Notes under the pieces: generated by a model
The model's input: the letters and a program-made list of their open reading frames with translations, nothing else
What the model was told of the DNA's origin: nothing
The model's database searches: none
Assembly: GCF_009914755.1 (NCBI RefSeq)
Contig: NC_060933.1
Reading direction: 5' to 3' (one strand)
Source: the human T2T-CHM13v2.0 reference genome, Homo sapiens
DNA: 64,000 nt
Translations under genes and position numbers: made by a program
Shown here: positions 28,048-44,012 of the stretch, in pieces
How the letters are laid out: each line of letters opens with the position of its first letter
Position numbering within the stretch: position 1 is the first letter of the stretch

Positions 28048-28667
28048 GTGAAGTTATTCTGTTTTTTACTCTCTGCTACCTGACATTTAGTAATATATGT
28101 AATATTTAGATCTTATACCTGAAATATCAATAAAAAAGTTTTAACAAGTGGTAATTAAAGATAATTTTGAAAAAATAAAATGATGACTCACACGTATGTG
28201 AAAAGAACATATTTAACTAATAAAACAACTTGTGAGATGCTATAATCAGTTCAAAGGAACGTCCAAAGAATAGATACATTTATAGATAATAAATATTGAA
28301 ATGATTGTACAAATGAAGGCAAAGTTGTTTTTGAAAGGGGGCTTGTCTCTCCTTTGGAAAGAGTTCATTTGGATGTCTACAGATAAAAAGTGTTTTGTAT
28401 TGCTATATATGGTTATGTATAATTTTCAAAGTTGTCATATAGTTCTCATAAAATCAGAATCAGATAACACAGAAAGGTATGCTGCAGATAATTCATAGTT
28501 TTCCATTGAAATATAATTTTTTCTCTGGGGTAGCCTCTATTTAAGAGAGTAATGATAACTGTAATATTTAATTTTTTACAGTAGTTTATGCTAAATGTTA
28601 GAAGTTAGGAGCAATAGAAATGAAACTGGAATAGTAATGTTATGTTATAAACTTTGTGAAGGAAATT

Positions 28668-28701
28668 TTATCTTAATTATCTTAATTTATCTTAATTATC
28701 T
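28668..28701. repeat. Short tandem repeat (TTATCTTAA)~4
   Basis: Directly visible. Confidence 0.85.
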
Positions 28702-29424
28702 CTCTATTCTTTACCTGGAAGCATCCTAAAAAGTTATGAACACATGAGGCATTCATTGTTGTTGATGATGAAACAAAATAATGCTGTCATTATTCTCAAT
28801 TTTACATTAAATTTATGTTACCTATTTCTATTCATAAGAAATAAATGATCAAGCAAATGTGTATACTACTTTTTTTTTTAAAGAAAAGAACAAAAATATT
28901 GAGGAAAAAGGAGAAAAATATTTAGAATCAAGAATGAAGAAAATTTAAATTGAGAGGAACCTCAAGGGTTGAATGAATTTCTCCAAAATTATTCTAGTTT
29001 GTAGCACCTCTTTAACGTTCCTCTTCTTTGTTCTAAGATAGAAGTAGTAATAAATATGAAGTGGTTAATCACTCAACAATTATGTAATGGAATGGTAATC
29101 TCTAAACTTGGACTTATTTGAATGGTCTTAGAGGTCATGGTATGATATTAACCACCAAGCTATTTAGTTACTCAAGTAAATGAAGACCAGAACTTCTTCA
29201 AAAACTTATTAAAATTTGGGAATCCACATTCACCTATTTGAGTCGGTGAACCACAATGGAAATGGAAATCTAGATACATTTATTTAAATGATGGGCTATG
29301 AAATATGTATTCCATGATGCATCCCATCACGATGTGGAGAATTGCTAGACTGTGCTGTCAGATGTGTAATAATAGTTATTAAAAACTAAGAATAAGCTTG
29401 GTAGTGGGAGGAAGCACTTTCTGA

Positions 29425-29628
<204 letters not shown>

Positions 29629-29990
29629 TAAGTTAGTTCTGATATTCTTTCAAAAGTTCCAATGCTGAAGAAGATCACTCCTTTCAGATACTCTTTGACC
29701 TTAAAATTGGTAATTAAAGCTACTTTTAGAAAGAGAGCCTTAATCTGATGATGCTATTTTATTCTACTTAATTAAATGTATTTTAATGGTTAAAATAGAA
29801 TTTTAAAATGAATATATATTAAAAATGGACCATGAGAAATTCTCTTATGAAGGATCTGAATTATCATAGGTCGTTGACATATTACAGTTAATTTAAAGAT
29901 TTTAAAATTTCCCCACTAATTGTATGCATTGTTATCTAGGTTAAGTAGAAACTCCTAAATAGTGAGCAAACATCACTTTATCTTACAGAG

Positions 29991-30162
29991 CAGGGGTTGG
30001 AAAATTATGGCTAAATCCAGCCCAAGAGGTAAGAATGGTTTTTACAGCTTCAAAGGGTCATTAATAAAAAGCAACAAATATGGGACAGAGTTGTACATCT
30101 CACTCAAAGCTTAAAATATTAACTATTTGGCCCTTTATAGAAAGAAAGTGTGCTAGCCCTTG
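29991..30162. mobile_element. MER58-like hAT-Charlie element with perfect 8-bp TSD TTACAGAG
   Basis: CAGGGGTTGG...CCCTTG termini. TSD at 29983-90 and 30163-70. Confidence 0.88.
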
Positions 30163-33100
30163 TTACAGAGGATTTGGGTTGTCATTTTCTTTTTAATACA
30201 ACTCAATATCTTTTAGTTCCACCAGGAAAACATTTTAGTAAACGCTGACTTTGTGTAGAATAATGCATTAAATGCTGTTTAGGAAAAATCCAAGAAAATA
30301 CTTTTCTTCTTTTTGCTTTTTGGAAATTTGCAGATAGCAGGCAGGTAGGAAAAATGTACGTGTAAAACACCTCTAATTAAAGAGAAAACCTAGACCCCTT
30401 GGAAAGAATGCAAGAGAACAGCCAACCTGTTCCACAACTCACAGGTAATAGGGCCATGCGAGTCGCCATCAGGTGGTGGAATCTCCTCCAAACACTCCTA
30501 GGACTTTGAAGCATGAGGAACTTTCTAAGATGTCCTCCCAAGATGACACACTTCTATACTCAATAGCTCTAACTATTGTGTTATTCCTTATAAATGATTG
30601 TCATTAAAAACAACTGAATGAAAAATTTGTCAAGTAGAGAAGCTTAGCATTAACAAAAAATGGTTTCTTTTAGAATAAGAATAACACCATCTACTTCATG
30701 TCTAAGTTTTCCTCCTCCTCTTCCCCAGCTTTTCCTTTCTCCCTTTTGAATACCAAGACAAAACTTGCTTTTAAATTTTGACTCTAGTATTTTTTATTTA
30801 TATCTGCTTTTAAAGTTTCTTTATGCTTTATTCCTTTCAAAAATAAAATGCAACACATTTTATGTCCCATGTATTACTATGATTGTTAGTTCCATTATTA
30901 TGTAGTAATAGTTCCTATTTAGCAAAGCTTATGCTTTCCAACAGTGGTATTTCATTGAGAAAACATCTCCAATTGATGTATGCATGATATAGGTTGTGTT
31001 CCAAAATTTGCTTTTCCTCTCTATTTATGCCGCAAAAAAATCCTTTTAAAAAGATGAGTTGGACAGGAATTCCTCTGCTCTCTTCGTCTGCTGATGGCCC
31101 TCATGGCAACTGCTCAACTTCTAGGAAATGGGGCCATGTGAAGCAACTGGATCCTGTGGCTATGACAGTGTCTCTTCCTAGCTGGCCTCACTTTCATTTT
31201 GATCTTGAGAATCAAGATCCCTTACCTCCCACTCTTCCACATAACCCAACTCTCTCCATAGGTTTTGCAAATTGTATTTTTGCTGCGACAATTTGTGCAT
31301 CTATTATAAATAGTATCAGAAATTAGTTGTGATTATTGATAGTTCTGTTCTCTATTTTAGAGTCTATTTTCTATTGTTCATTTTGAAGATAAACATCTTT
31401 TTTTTAAAAGAAAATCTTAGATAATATTTTTGAGAAAGATTAGTAGCCAAATCAGGGCACATTTATGTAGGTTAATTAATTCAGGGTATTTTTTATTTAA
31501 CTATTCAAGTAATGCCTCAGGGAATTTCCCTTGCATTGACACAACATTTGAAACCAACTAAAACCAAGGTTGTAATGCTAACTATCTTTGGAGGCAGTTA
31601 AAAAAACACTGCCTTGTTAGACATTTTGGAGTATTTCCAGTAATATTACAGGCTTTTCCTGACCCAGTTTTAAGTGGATAAGTAATATATTCATAGCAGT
31701 GAGAAATTCAGCATATTATGCCTTCTTCTTCCTAACAACTGTTGTTTAAATATATCAAACTTAAGATAGAAAACCATTCTTGCACAGATTAGCCTGAAAA
31801 TTTAGATGAGGCATGCCTATGCCTTTTAATATGATTAGCCCTTTCTTTGAGTGATTCTAGAAAAGCAGGTTTCCTGTAATGCTGATTAGAAAAGTATTTT
31901 AATTACCTTCATATTTGAGGGTAACTTATGTGTCAACAACTGTACCCTGTAACACAGCCTGATCCTCCTGGTGAAATAAACAATTAACAACAGAGACTTA
32001 AAAGATATACCAATCTGGGGTCATTTAGTACAGGAATAAACGTCTTTCCATACCATAATAATCTCAGAGGTAGTTGTTATATTTTAGTGTACTTTGAGCA
32101 CTGGGTTTATGATGATAACCCTGAGCAATCCAGAAAAGTTTTGTATACATATGTTCATTCAATAAGTTATTTACCCAGCTCTACTTTTGTGCAACCTAAT
32201 TTGCTTATATCTTTGGGATACTTGGATATGAACATGTAATTGCCCACAATCTTGCAATCTTCAAAAGTCCATAATATAGTAAGGGATAGGCCACTTAGAT
32301 ACAAATTATTATGACATAAGAAAGTATATGTGTCCCAGAGAAATACAAACAAAGTAGCTTGGAGTCTCAGAGAAGTGAAAACTGTTCTCACAGGGATAGT
32401 TAGAAAAGGGATTCTTAAAGACATTTCATATGATTTTTAAAGGACTTGAAATTTGGACAAGCTGAACTTATAAACTATTTAATTAGTATTAGAATTGTTT
32501 CTATTAAAGGGTCTCTGAAAGTTGGCCTGTAGGTTTAGTTACCTGGCAAATCCACACATCAAATAGATAATTCTTTCATTCTTTGGTGATGTTGGATTAG
32601 AGATGCTGTTTTACATGTGATTCTTAATGGAAGTTCAGTAGTGTAAAGCTTTAAGGTAATTATATGTAAATATCATGAATTATTTTGAAATGGTTGGCAA
32701 GTTAAAGGCTTAACATATCAAGCAATTAAATTATTAATCATAAAGATTTTTTCTAATTGACTTTATTACTGATAATTTCTTGCCATCTGTTTTATTTTAT
32801 TTTTGCTAGTTTCTGAAAATATTTCAATAAAACTGCTATCTATGTAATTTAAAGTTATTCCTATGTTTGCATGGAAACAATTGTGATCATTTTAATTAAA
32901 ACACATCTTTACCTCCTAAGACAAACTAACCCACATATCATTCTAATTGGCAAATTAAAAAAAAAAATTGTGGATATAGATAGAGTAAAAAAAATCCTGA
33001 AATATTTTATGCCATGGCTACACAGCATCATAGGCTTTTATATGATAAACACCAAATAATGAAAATAGAAACAACCCAATGGCTATCAGAGATGTATCTT

Positions 33101-33419
33101 AGAAGAGTGTACTTCCCTGGTTCTCTTGAACCAAAATGATTATTCTAAGCAAAATGTTTGAATTGTCCAAAAAACAAACTGTCAATAGGAAGTGTTATTT
33201 TAAAGGGTTAATATGAATTTTTGTTTCAGTAATCATAGCATGATTAAAAACTATAAATTGGTGGCAAATAAAGGAGATTGAAAGTCATTTTGTAAGGTGA
33301 ACTATAAAACTGTGGATATGTCCTTTTCCTCAACTAGAACTTTAAAAAGCAGCTTTTGCCTTATTTCTACTGTATCTAGTCATAAATTATTTTTCTGAGT
33401 AATACTGAATTGGATTACA

Positions 33420-34040
33420 ATTTTTGTTATTGGTCAATATCTAGTGAGGGGAGAAACTTCAACAGTTAATTGAACAGAGAGAATTTAATAAGTGAATTGT
33501 TAGGAGGTATAAATGTTAATTAGACTGCAGAAAAGGTAAAAAGAGAACACTAAAGTATCATAGTGACGGTAACTACTGGAAGCAGCTACCATCCCAAGGG
33601 CTGGAGGAACAATGGAAAGGGTTGAAACGAAAACACTGTAGCGTAGAGGAAAGACCCTAGGAGCTAAAACTCAGGCCTCTGCAGAGGGGCTGATGCTCTG
33701 TGGTGCTGGTTTCTGTGGGAGAGGTGATGAAGCTGGTTCTGCTAGTGTTGGTAATATTGGTGATAAGGATTCACTTGCAGTATGGCAAGGACGCTCAGCT
33801 CCAGGAGTGAAGAAGAGATGCTAAGGAGGAAGTGTCACCCCACAAAGCAAATATGAAGCAGAGAGGAAGCCACAGGAAAGACGGAGACCCTCTTCAGTAT
33901 CCCCTATTGTCAGAGTATATATTGACCCAGCTAACAAAGCAGAAATATGACTCACAAAATACCAGCCCCAGCACCACAATATTAAAGTGTAGGAGGGTGT
34001 GTTTGAAGTTGGGACAATAGCTTAAAAACTGAAATAATCT
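33420..34040. mobile_element. Ancient LTR (LTR78-like, tentative)
   Basis: gagaatttaata...aagagaacactaaag...ggaagcagctacc resembles ancient ERV LTRs. Confidence 0.4.
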
Positions 34041-34568
34041 ATTACCAAAAAGCTGATCTCTACAATGTGGTATTGCATGCCTCGATTTAAAATTATGTTG
34101 CTCTTGTTTAGATTTTGTTTCCTTTGAGTTCTGGACCGCATAGTGTTTTCGTAATACTAGGAACACAGAAAAGAAAAGCTACATCTCATGCTCAGTAGGA
34201 ACTAAATTCCTTTGAAGATCTCTTCAAAGGATTCACTTCCACCAAATATATTTCAAGGTGAATTTTACCAAATGAAGTTATAAGTTTAATTAACAGATAA
34301 CATTAAGTTACCTTTGAGAAATAGATTTTTATTTTTCCCGATTTCAATTTTTCTTTCTTTCTTTCTCTTGAGACAGGGCTAACAAAATTTTTAAGGGCAA
34401 AGACATCTTCACCCCTAATTTATTATCCTTATTGAGAAATAAAATATTTAAACGAAATGTAGAATTGAGGGAAGGTATTCAAGGGAACAAAGAAGAGAGG
34501 GAAATATCTTGATATATCTGTAATTATTCTTTCCACAGATTTTCTGGTTCAGAGAGTTTGAGGCTCTA

Positions 34569-35195
<627 letters not shown>

Positions 35196-35428
35196 CAGAA
35201 TGGCTTAGATTCAGATTCAGGAAGGCAAACACTACTGCTTAAAGTTATAATAGTTCCAGTAATCCTGCATCAGTGTTCAGATTTGAGTTCTCATGCTTAT
35301 GGGTCCTAATGTTGACTGCATATGGTTACATTTAAAAAAAATGAGCTAAATATCTGATACCTGCCTTCCTTAAGTTCCAAAGTCAAGCAAAGCTTAACTT
35401 TATTAAGGTGTTTCTTTTTTACTTTTAA

Positions 35429-35578
<150 letters not shown>

Positions 35579-35624
35579 TAGAAACACTTTCCCTGATATT
35601 GATTTTCTAAATCCTCTGAATATT

Positions 35625-35626
<2 letters not shown>

Positions 35627-35671
<45 letters not shown>

Positions 35672-35696
35672 TACACACACACACACACACATACAC
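35627..35696. repeat. Compound (AT)n(AC)n microsatellite
   Basis: Directly visible, about 70 nt downstream of the exon donor. Confidence 0.96.
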
Positions 35697-37249
35697 TGTA
35701 TATATAGTATATGTAATACTATATATATCATTTATATATGACTCATTATATATAATGGTCACAGTCATAAACATGTATATCATATTTCTGCATATATACC
35801 CAAATATATGTATATTTACATATATCTGTTTCTTATCACTAGAGAGACTGGGCTAATGATTATAAATTGGAAGCAACTCTGAGAAATTATTTAGAGTCTT
35901 TTAAATTCTTTGGTCATCTTTAATCATTTGTTCCTTAAACTGGAGTTTCCTTAGCTTAATACATTTGTTACCATCTCTTTGAAAGAGATAATATATTTGA
36001 ATTTTACAAGTTTGTGTGGATTGTGCACTCTTGTTTCTCTTCAGGGCCCTGGTCTCAAATGAACTTTTCATGTGACAGCTTACATTAAAGCACAGAGAAG
36101 ATGCTAGGCCAACAGAATAGTAAATAGGATTCCAATTAAAGGTTATGCTAATAGCTATTCCCCGAACATGTCAGTGACCCAATTTCAGTCTTATGTTGAT
36201 GCTAATGTGGACGCGAACGCAGTCAGAGCACACAGATTTATAAACTCTTCATATGAAAAGTCAAATGATTATCCTATTCTGGGGGATGGGAAGATTCACC
36301 CCTGAGGATCACACTATATTTCCCTGCCCTGGTGGTTGGGAGAGGAGGAAAGGGCAGGGAAAAGGGAAACTGTTTGTGATAACAGCCATGTTTGCATCTC
36401 CTAGTTTTGCCAAAGATTGCATTCTTCCATAAATCATTTTTATAAATAGTAGTAAGTTTTAAAAACTATCCCTTCACAAGCCTATTTAACTAGTAATGCT
36501 GTAAAAATGATAGTATAGTATTATTGTCTCTGATGATGAAAACAAGAACTGAAATAGCTATCAGGATAATTCACTTCTAGTCTTGGTTCTGCAAGAGCTT
36601 GTGTGCTATTTAAAGGTATCGCTTAATCTCCTGAAGCCTTAGTTACCTCATATCCAAAATAAAGAAAGATATTCTATATCTTCTCTGTGCGCTTGAAGCG
36701 TAGCCATCATTTATAGTATTTTTGTTTTGTTTTGTAGAGTAAGGTTTTCCAAGTTCTAAACAATGGTTTTCCCAGAAAACTTTTGCAACACCACAAAATT
36801 GCAGTCTGGGAACTCCCTTTGCATGCTCATGTACACATCCATCATAAATGAAGGCAAAGGCAAGCAGCATCCTACGTTCCACAGAGCTACAAATTTTGTG
36901 TATGCATGCTCATGTGTCTGTACATTAAAATAATTTTCATTTAGCGAAGTGATAATGATGCTAAATTATAGGTTTTAAAAATATTCTTACCTGGCAAAAT
37001 AGAAGTTTGGCAACCCTATGTGGGCCTCTCAAATATATTTGAAATATTAATGACCCATAAAGTCCCCAAACTTGGGAACTTCAGATAACTATATATAGAA
37101 AGTTTAAAATTGGAGCAATATTGTGAACTTCCAAAATATATGATTGAATAAAAATTCCAAGGACTACCTTTCCTTTCCAACTGCATGGAGGTGTAGAAAT
37201 ACCCCCCTGGTCTTTGCCCGTATCTCTCGTGCAGGATCGTGGAGGAGAC

Positions 37250-37460
37250 AGCAGCTTCAGATTTGAGTTAGGATCTCAGATCTTCCATTTAATAGCTGTG
37301 CACATTTGATCGAGTTGTGTAGTCTCTCTACACAACTCAGGTTCCTTATGAAATTGTACCTTATTGACAGAGTTTTTGGAATTATAAAATGAGATAATTT
37401 ATGTAAAACATGTTGCCAGAACTTGGCACATAGCTGGGAAACCTAAGTTGTAGTTATTAC
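37250..37460. mobile_element. MIR
   Basis: catttaatagctgtg...aaatgagataat...tggcacatag. Confidence 0.55.
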
Positions 37461-38042
37461 TTCATCTCAGAACAGACTTGATGCCCAATTCCTGAAGGGT
37501 GACAAGAGAGATGGAGAGAATTTGGGACCTGGCAAGTCTAGGTGGGAGCAGACCTAGTCACAATCAGACCCCAGAAGCCTTGTGGGATGGTGACACATTG
37601 GTACCAGTTTGGATAAACAATAAGATTTTGAGGATGCAACAGAAGGAAGTAAGGCATTTGACAATTTAGCAAAATCCAGGACCAGACCGTTCTCAGATCT
37701 TCTAAAACATAGCCATAGTTCTGTGGCAGATTTCAAGGTCTCAGGCCTTGGTCTGGAGTCCAAGAGTTAAGCAAATTTTAGCAATGGGGAGAGATAGGCA
37801 TTAGCATTGGAAAGAAGGACAATACGAGCCCTTAGTACGAAAGCAGACACTGACAATAAGGAGACCGCACCTGACTCTAATCTAGACATAGGTTTTTTTA
37901 TTTGGCCCACATGTGTTTTGTTTCTTTTTCTTTTATTTTTTTTAACCGTGGCAATATATACAATACAAAATTCACCATTTTAACCATGAAATCGATTTTC
38001 TTTATCATAATTTTTTTCAATATTTTTAAAAATTTAAATTAC

Positions 38043-38337
38043 TTTTTTTTTCTCGAGACAGGGTCTTAACTCTGTTGCCCATGCTGGAGTGCAGTGGTGC
38101 TATCTTAGCTCACTGCAGCCTCAATCTCCTGGGAGCAAGGGATCCTTCTGCCTCAGTCTACCACGTACCTGGGACTATATGTGCACACTACCATGTTTGG
38201 CTAATTTTTTCTTTTTGTGTAGGGATGGGGTCTTACTATGTCGCCCAGGCTGATCTCGAACTCCTGGCCTCAAGCCATCTTCCTACCTCAGCCTCCCAAA
38301 GTGCTGAGATTATAGGCATGAGCCACTGCACCCAGCC
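38043..38337 (-). mobile_element. AluJ
   Basis: gagacagggtct...cactgcagcctc...ggtcttactatgtcgcccagg J-type features. Confidence 0.9.
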
Positions 38338-38860
38338 TCAATCTTTTAAAAGTGGGAGTAAAATATTCAGATGTTCAGCTTTTCATGAACAAGTGGAAGA
38401 TTTGGTCCTACATTCTTCCATCACAGTAACAGCTAGGACTAAGCACCTGGCCTCTATTAATGGGGCATTCCTTTTTCAATTTGCACCATTCTCAAACAAT
38501 CCATATTACTTGTTTATGCTGCTTGGCTGGACCCTGTAGACATTCAGATTTGCTGCCTCCTACCAGTGCAGCTGGGGAACAAGCTAGGCATGTTACCAAG
38601 ACGGTGATTCAGATCTTCAAAGCCAAAGTCAGCTCACAGAATGGAAGCACAAATTTAGTCCCAGAAAAGAAACAACTGTGGCTTCTCACATGTCAGCAAG
38701 GCTCACAGTCTGGTGATGATTTTCCATGGCCAGAAGTGGTTTCTGCCTTGTGGCCGCACCTATGGGTTCCAGCTGGTGCCATGGCCGGGGCCAGCCTAAT
38801 TCTTTTGGTTTCAGTCTCCGTGATGAAGTTGTTGGTACTTAAGTGCCTGACTTATCTCTC

Positions 38861-38904
38861 TTTGAATGCTCTATTGAGCTTTTTTTGAATGTTCTATTGA
38901 GCTT
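38861..38904. repeat. 23-bp tandem duplication (TTTGAATGYTCTATTGAGCTT)
   Basis: Two copies with one mismatch. Confidence 0.85.
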
Positions 38905-41320
38905 CTCCCCACCAGATTCCAACTACATTATTAGAACAAGTGGTCAGTACTTCACAGAACGTGCAGGTAAATGTTTCTCTACCCCAATGCCACCAATGCT
39001 TGGGAGTGAGGCAGCTTTCCCTCTACCCTTTATTTCTTTCAGAGACATCTAACTTTGAGAGCGTGTTTCTAAGGATTATGTTATTAATATTCCCCAAATT
39101 AGCCTGCATCATCGCTCCTGGCTAAGTCTGTGAAACCCAAGATACTAAGCTCAGTGTAACTGAAAGAGATGTTTTGATCACAGCTTTGAATCTGTGCCTG
39201 GGTTCGAAGCCTTCTTGTTCTGGACTTGGAGAAAGTTTTGAAACTTCTAAAAGATATTTTAGACAGTGTCAGGGTTTTAAGATATATTTTAGAGTAAGCC
39301 TCAGGAATGGCAACTTATGGTTCTGAGGGTGTTATGGGAGACTCAGAGATAGTTCCCACATTTTTAAAGAGCATCTACCATTAGGAACCCGAGCACACTC
39401 AGGGCTTAGGATCAAAAGATGGTTAATATAAGTGGTTGCTACATAGGCAGGCAGCTCTAGGAATTGGTTGTGAATCCATATTAATCCTCAAACATGGCTC
39501 AGGAGCTAGAGTTCAGCATTTTCAAGATAGCAGAATTGGCTCTATACAGCTGAAAGGAAGCCATCTCCTTTTCATCATCACTGTGGAAATTGTGATTTTC
39601 ATTCTATGTTTTATTGTATATCAATACAATTTCACACATTCCTGTAGCCTTAAACCTACTGAATGATAATCTCTTGGTGGAAAGGCAGGTGTGTCTGGCC
39701 CAGACCAGAAATGTATATTTTTATTTTTTGATCTAAAAATTACTGATATATAGTCAGAATGAAAGCTGCTGTTTTCAATTCTGAGAGACAGAAAGCTCCA
39801 CTAAACAGAATACTCAGCTCTACAGATGATTTATACAATGAGGAAGAGTGTGTGTAGGGAGTTGGAGGGGGGTAAGGGAAACAGTGTCATATTTTCCAAT
39901 TATTTGAAAGTCAATTTCTATATTTTATTAATCACATCATTTAAAAATATCCATTAATGAGAATACTAAGTATAATCTGTTTTTAAGCTGTTCATGGGTT
40001 TAATTCAGAGGCTGTATGACTAGATCTTTCCTACCTATAAGAGGTCGCAGCACTTACCTGATAGCAGCCACCACAAGTGAAATAAAATACCCAGGTAGAA
40101 AGTAACAGGTCTACTTATTACTTGTCTTGAAACCTAAGACTTTTAACTGTATCAGAACATTATATGTGGTAGATTGAAAGTGCTCATGACTAAACCTAAA
40201 TAAGCAACCACCTTATTTTGTTACAGTAGAATAGGTTTTAGACTGAAAATTGAGACTTGGACTTTGAGCTAAGTGCTTCCTATAACTTCTCTTTGAACCT
40301 CCATTTATTCATTTATAAAACAGATAAATTGGATTGTGGACCATGGTCTTCAAACTGCTATCCTCCAAAGTCAAGCAGTTTGGTGAAATCAAATCAGGGC
40401 AAAGGAGGCAGAGGTCGCAGGGAGAGCTACTGGGCCACAATGCCGGCTTCAAAAACAGACCTATGGTTTCTCTCTTCTACACAGTGTACTTCCATATAAA
40501 GCATTGATTGGAAGAAAGAATGCTTCTGTGGCTATTAAAATAAAAAACAGTTTTAAAAACCCACTTAGCTGGATATTTAAAGAAACTTATTTTGGAGAAG
40601 GGACAGTTCTAACATTTCATGAGTCTACAAATTAGGATACAGAAACACTCCAAGTATACTTTTGCAGGGAATTGGCTTTTGGATAGACACCATTTTAAAA
40701 TGATTTATTTTGATAACAAAAATGTTTATTTAGCTATTATACTGACTACTTTAATTTCTGAGCTTTGTAGTACCCTGACCTATTGTTTCTGGGAGTTGTC
40801 CATTGGCTGGCTAGGCCTGGTGATTTATTAATGAGACACCCAGTAAAGCCAGGAAAGTTATCCTCAGATTTCATTCACACTTAAACAGGTGCTTCAAACT
40901 GTCAGCTGGCCATTAAGGTAACATTCCTCCTTACTCAATCTCCCTTGATCTTTTCACACTTCTTTTCATTTGTTTGTTTGTTTTTTATTTTGTTTTATTT
41001 TTTAGTTGGGAGAATGAATACATTTTTAGGAAAGTGAAAACAGACCATGGTTGATTTCCTCTAATGGAGCTGTTGGGAAAACTTTGGGAAAACTATTTAT
41101 TTGGCTTCCATTCTCACCCTTTCTCTCCTGTTTTCTTGTAGCTTAAGATTTTCACAGGCAAGAATCATGGTTTATACTTTAGTTTTTCTCTCATCTGTCA
41201 TTGTGAAGGAATAAAAGATGCTATACAAGAGGACATTTAAGCGTGTGAACACACCCACCAACATACCCTCAAACCATTCTGGATTATTTTCTTTTTTAAA
41301 TTTTATATTTCCATAAGTTT

Positions 41321-41398
41321 TTGGGGAACAGGTGGTATTTGGTTAAATGAGTAAGTTCTTGGGGAACAGGTGGTATTTGGTTACATGAGTAAGTTCTT
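41321..41398. repeat. 38-bp tandem duplication in the L1PB 3'UTR
   Basis: TTGGGGAACAGGTGGTATTTGGTTA(A/C)ATGAGTAAGTTC x2. Confidence 0.93.
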
Positions 41399-41652
41399 CT
41401 GTGATGATTTATTAGATTTTGGTGCACCCATCACCTGAGCAGTATACACTGAACCCAATTTGTAGTCTTTTATCCCTCATCCCAATCCCACCCTTTCCCC
41501 AGAGTCCCCAAAGACCACTGTATCATTCTTATGCATTTCCGTCCTCATAGCTTAGCTTCCACTTACGAATGAGAACATATGATATTTGGTTTTCCATTCC
41601 TGAATTACTTCACTTAGAATAATAGTCTCCAGTTGTATCCAGGTTGCTGTGA

Positions 41653-41985
<333 letters not shown>

Positions 41986-43913
41986 CAAATGCCAATATTT
42001 CACTCCTTTTTATGGCTGAGTAGTATTCCATCATGTATATATACCACAATTTCTTTATCCATTCATTGACTGATGGACATTTGGTCTGGATTCATATTTC
42101 TGCAATTGTGAATTCTGCTGCTATAAACATGCATGTGTAAGTATCCTTTTTGTTTAATGACTTCTTTTCCTCTGGGTAGATACCCTGTAGTGGGATTGCT
42201 GGGTCAAATGGTAGTTCTACTTTTAGTTCTTTAAGGAATCTCCACCCTGTTTTCCATATTGGTTGTACTAGTTTACATTCCCACCAGCAGTGTAGAAGTG
42301 TTCCCTTTTCACCACATCCATGCCAACATCTATTATTTTTTGATGTTTTGATTATGGCCATTCTTGCAGGTGTAAGGTGGTATTACATTGTGGTTTTGAT
42401 TTCCATTTTCCTGATCATTAGTGATGTTGAGCATTTTTTCATAAGTTTTTTGGTCGTTTGTATATCTTCTTTTGAAAATTGTCTATTCATGACCTTAGCC
42501 CACTTTTTGATAGGACTGTTTGTATTTTTCTTGCTAATTTGTTTGAGTTCTTTGTAGATTCTGGATATTAGTCTTTGTCAGATGTAGAGATTGTGAAGAC
42601 CTTCTCCCTCTCTGTGGGTTGTCTGTTTACTCTGCTGACTGTTCCCTTTGCTGTGCAGAAGCTCTTTAGTTTAATTAAGTCCCACTTATTTATCTTTGTT
42701 TTTGTTGCATTTGCTTTGGGGTTCTTGGTCATGAAGTCTTTGCCTAAGCCAATGTCTAGAAGGTTTTTTCTGATGTTATCTTCCAGAATTTTTATAGTTT
42801 CAAGTCTTAGATTTAAGTCCTTGATCCATTTTGAGTTGATTTTTGTATAAGGTGAGAGATGAAGATCCAGTTTTATTCTCCTGCATGTGGCTAGCCAATT
42901 ATCCCAGCAACATTTGTTGAATGAATAGGGTGTCTTTTCCCCACATTATGTTTTTGTTTGCTTTGTCAAAGATCAGTTGGCTGTAAGTATTTGGATTTAT
43001 TTCTGGGTTCTCTATTCTATTCCATTGGTCTATGTGCCTATTTTTATACCAGTAGCCTGCTGTTTTGGTGACCATAGCCTTATAGTATAGTTTGAAGGAA
43101 GGTAATTGGATGCTTCCAGATTTGTTCTTTTTGCTTAGTCTTGATTTGGCTATGTGGCCTCTTTTTTGGCTCCATATGAATTTTAGAATTTTTTTTCTAG
43201 TTCTATGAAGAATGATGGTGGTATTTTGATGAGAATTGCATTGAATTTGTAGATTACTTTAGGTAGTATGGTCATTTTCACAATAGTGATTCTACCCAAC
43301 CACATTAGCATGGATGTATTTCCATTTGTTTGTGTCATCTGTGATTTATTTCAGCCATGTTTTGTAGTTTTCCTTGTAGAAGTATTTCACCTCCTTGGTT
43401 AGGTATAATCCCAAGTACTTTTTTTTTTTTCCTGTGGCTATTGTAAAAGGGGTTGAATAGTTGATTTGATTCTCAGCTTGGTCACTGTTGGTAAACAGCA
43501 GAGCTACTGATTTGTGTACATTAATTTTGTATCCTGAAACTTTGCTGAATTCATTTATTAGTTCCAGGAGCTTTTTGGAGGAGTCTTCAGGGTTTTCTGG
43601 GTATATGATCACATCATCAGCAAACAGTGACAGTTTCACCTCTTTACCAATCTGGATGCCCTTTATTTCTTTCTCGTGTCTGATTGGTCTGGCTAGTACT
43701 ATGTTGAATAGTAGTGAGAGTGGGCATCCTCGTCTTGTTCCAGTTCTCAGAGGGAATGCTTTCAACTATTCCCTGTTCAGTATTATGTTGGCTGTATGTT
43801 TGTCATAGATGGCTTTTATTACATTGAGGTACGTCCCTTGTATGCCGATTTTGCTGAGGGTTTTAATCAAAATGGGATGCTGGTTTTTGTCAAATGCTTT
43901 TTCTGTGTCTATT

Positions 43914-44012
43914 TTTTTTTCGGGGGGGTGGGTGTTTAAGAGCAGAAAGTTTAATAGGCAAAAGAAAGAAGAGAAAACCACCCCCATGCAGAGGGAGGGG
44001 GATCCTCTCTTG
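43914..44012 (-). mobile_element. ~100-bp polyadenylated retro-insert, probably the 3' R region of an ERV1 LTR transcript, within L1PB ORF2
   Basis: TSD ctgTGtctatt/ctgCAtctatt, poly-T, and ATTAAA on the - strand (43950-55). Confidence 0.7.

Noticed and set aside
38075-38539. Alu-derived ORFs (also 1644, 20037, 27668, 34566, 34945, 41653, 60598)
   Set aside because: Typical spurious Alu translations.
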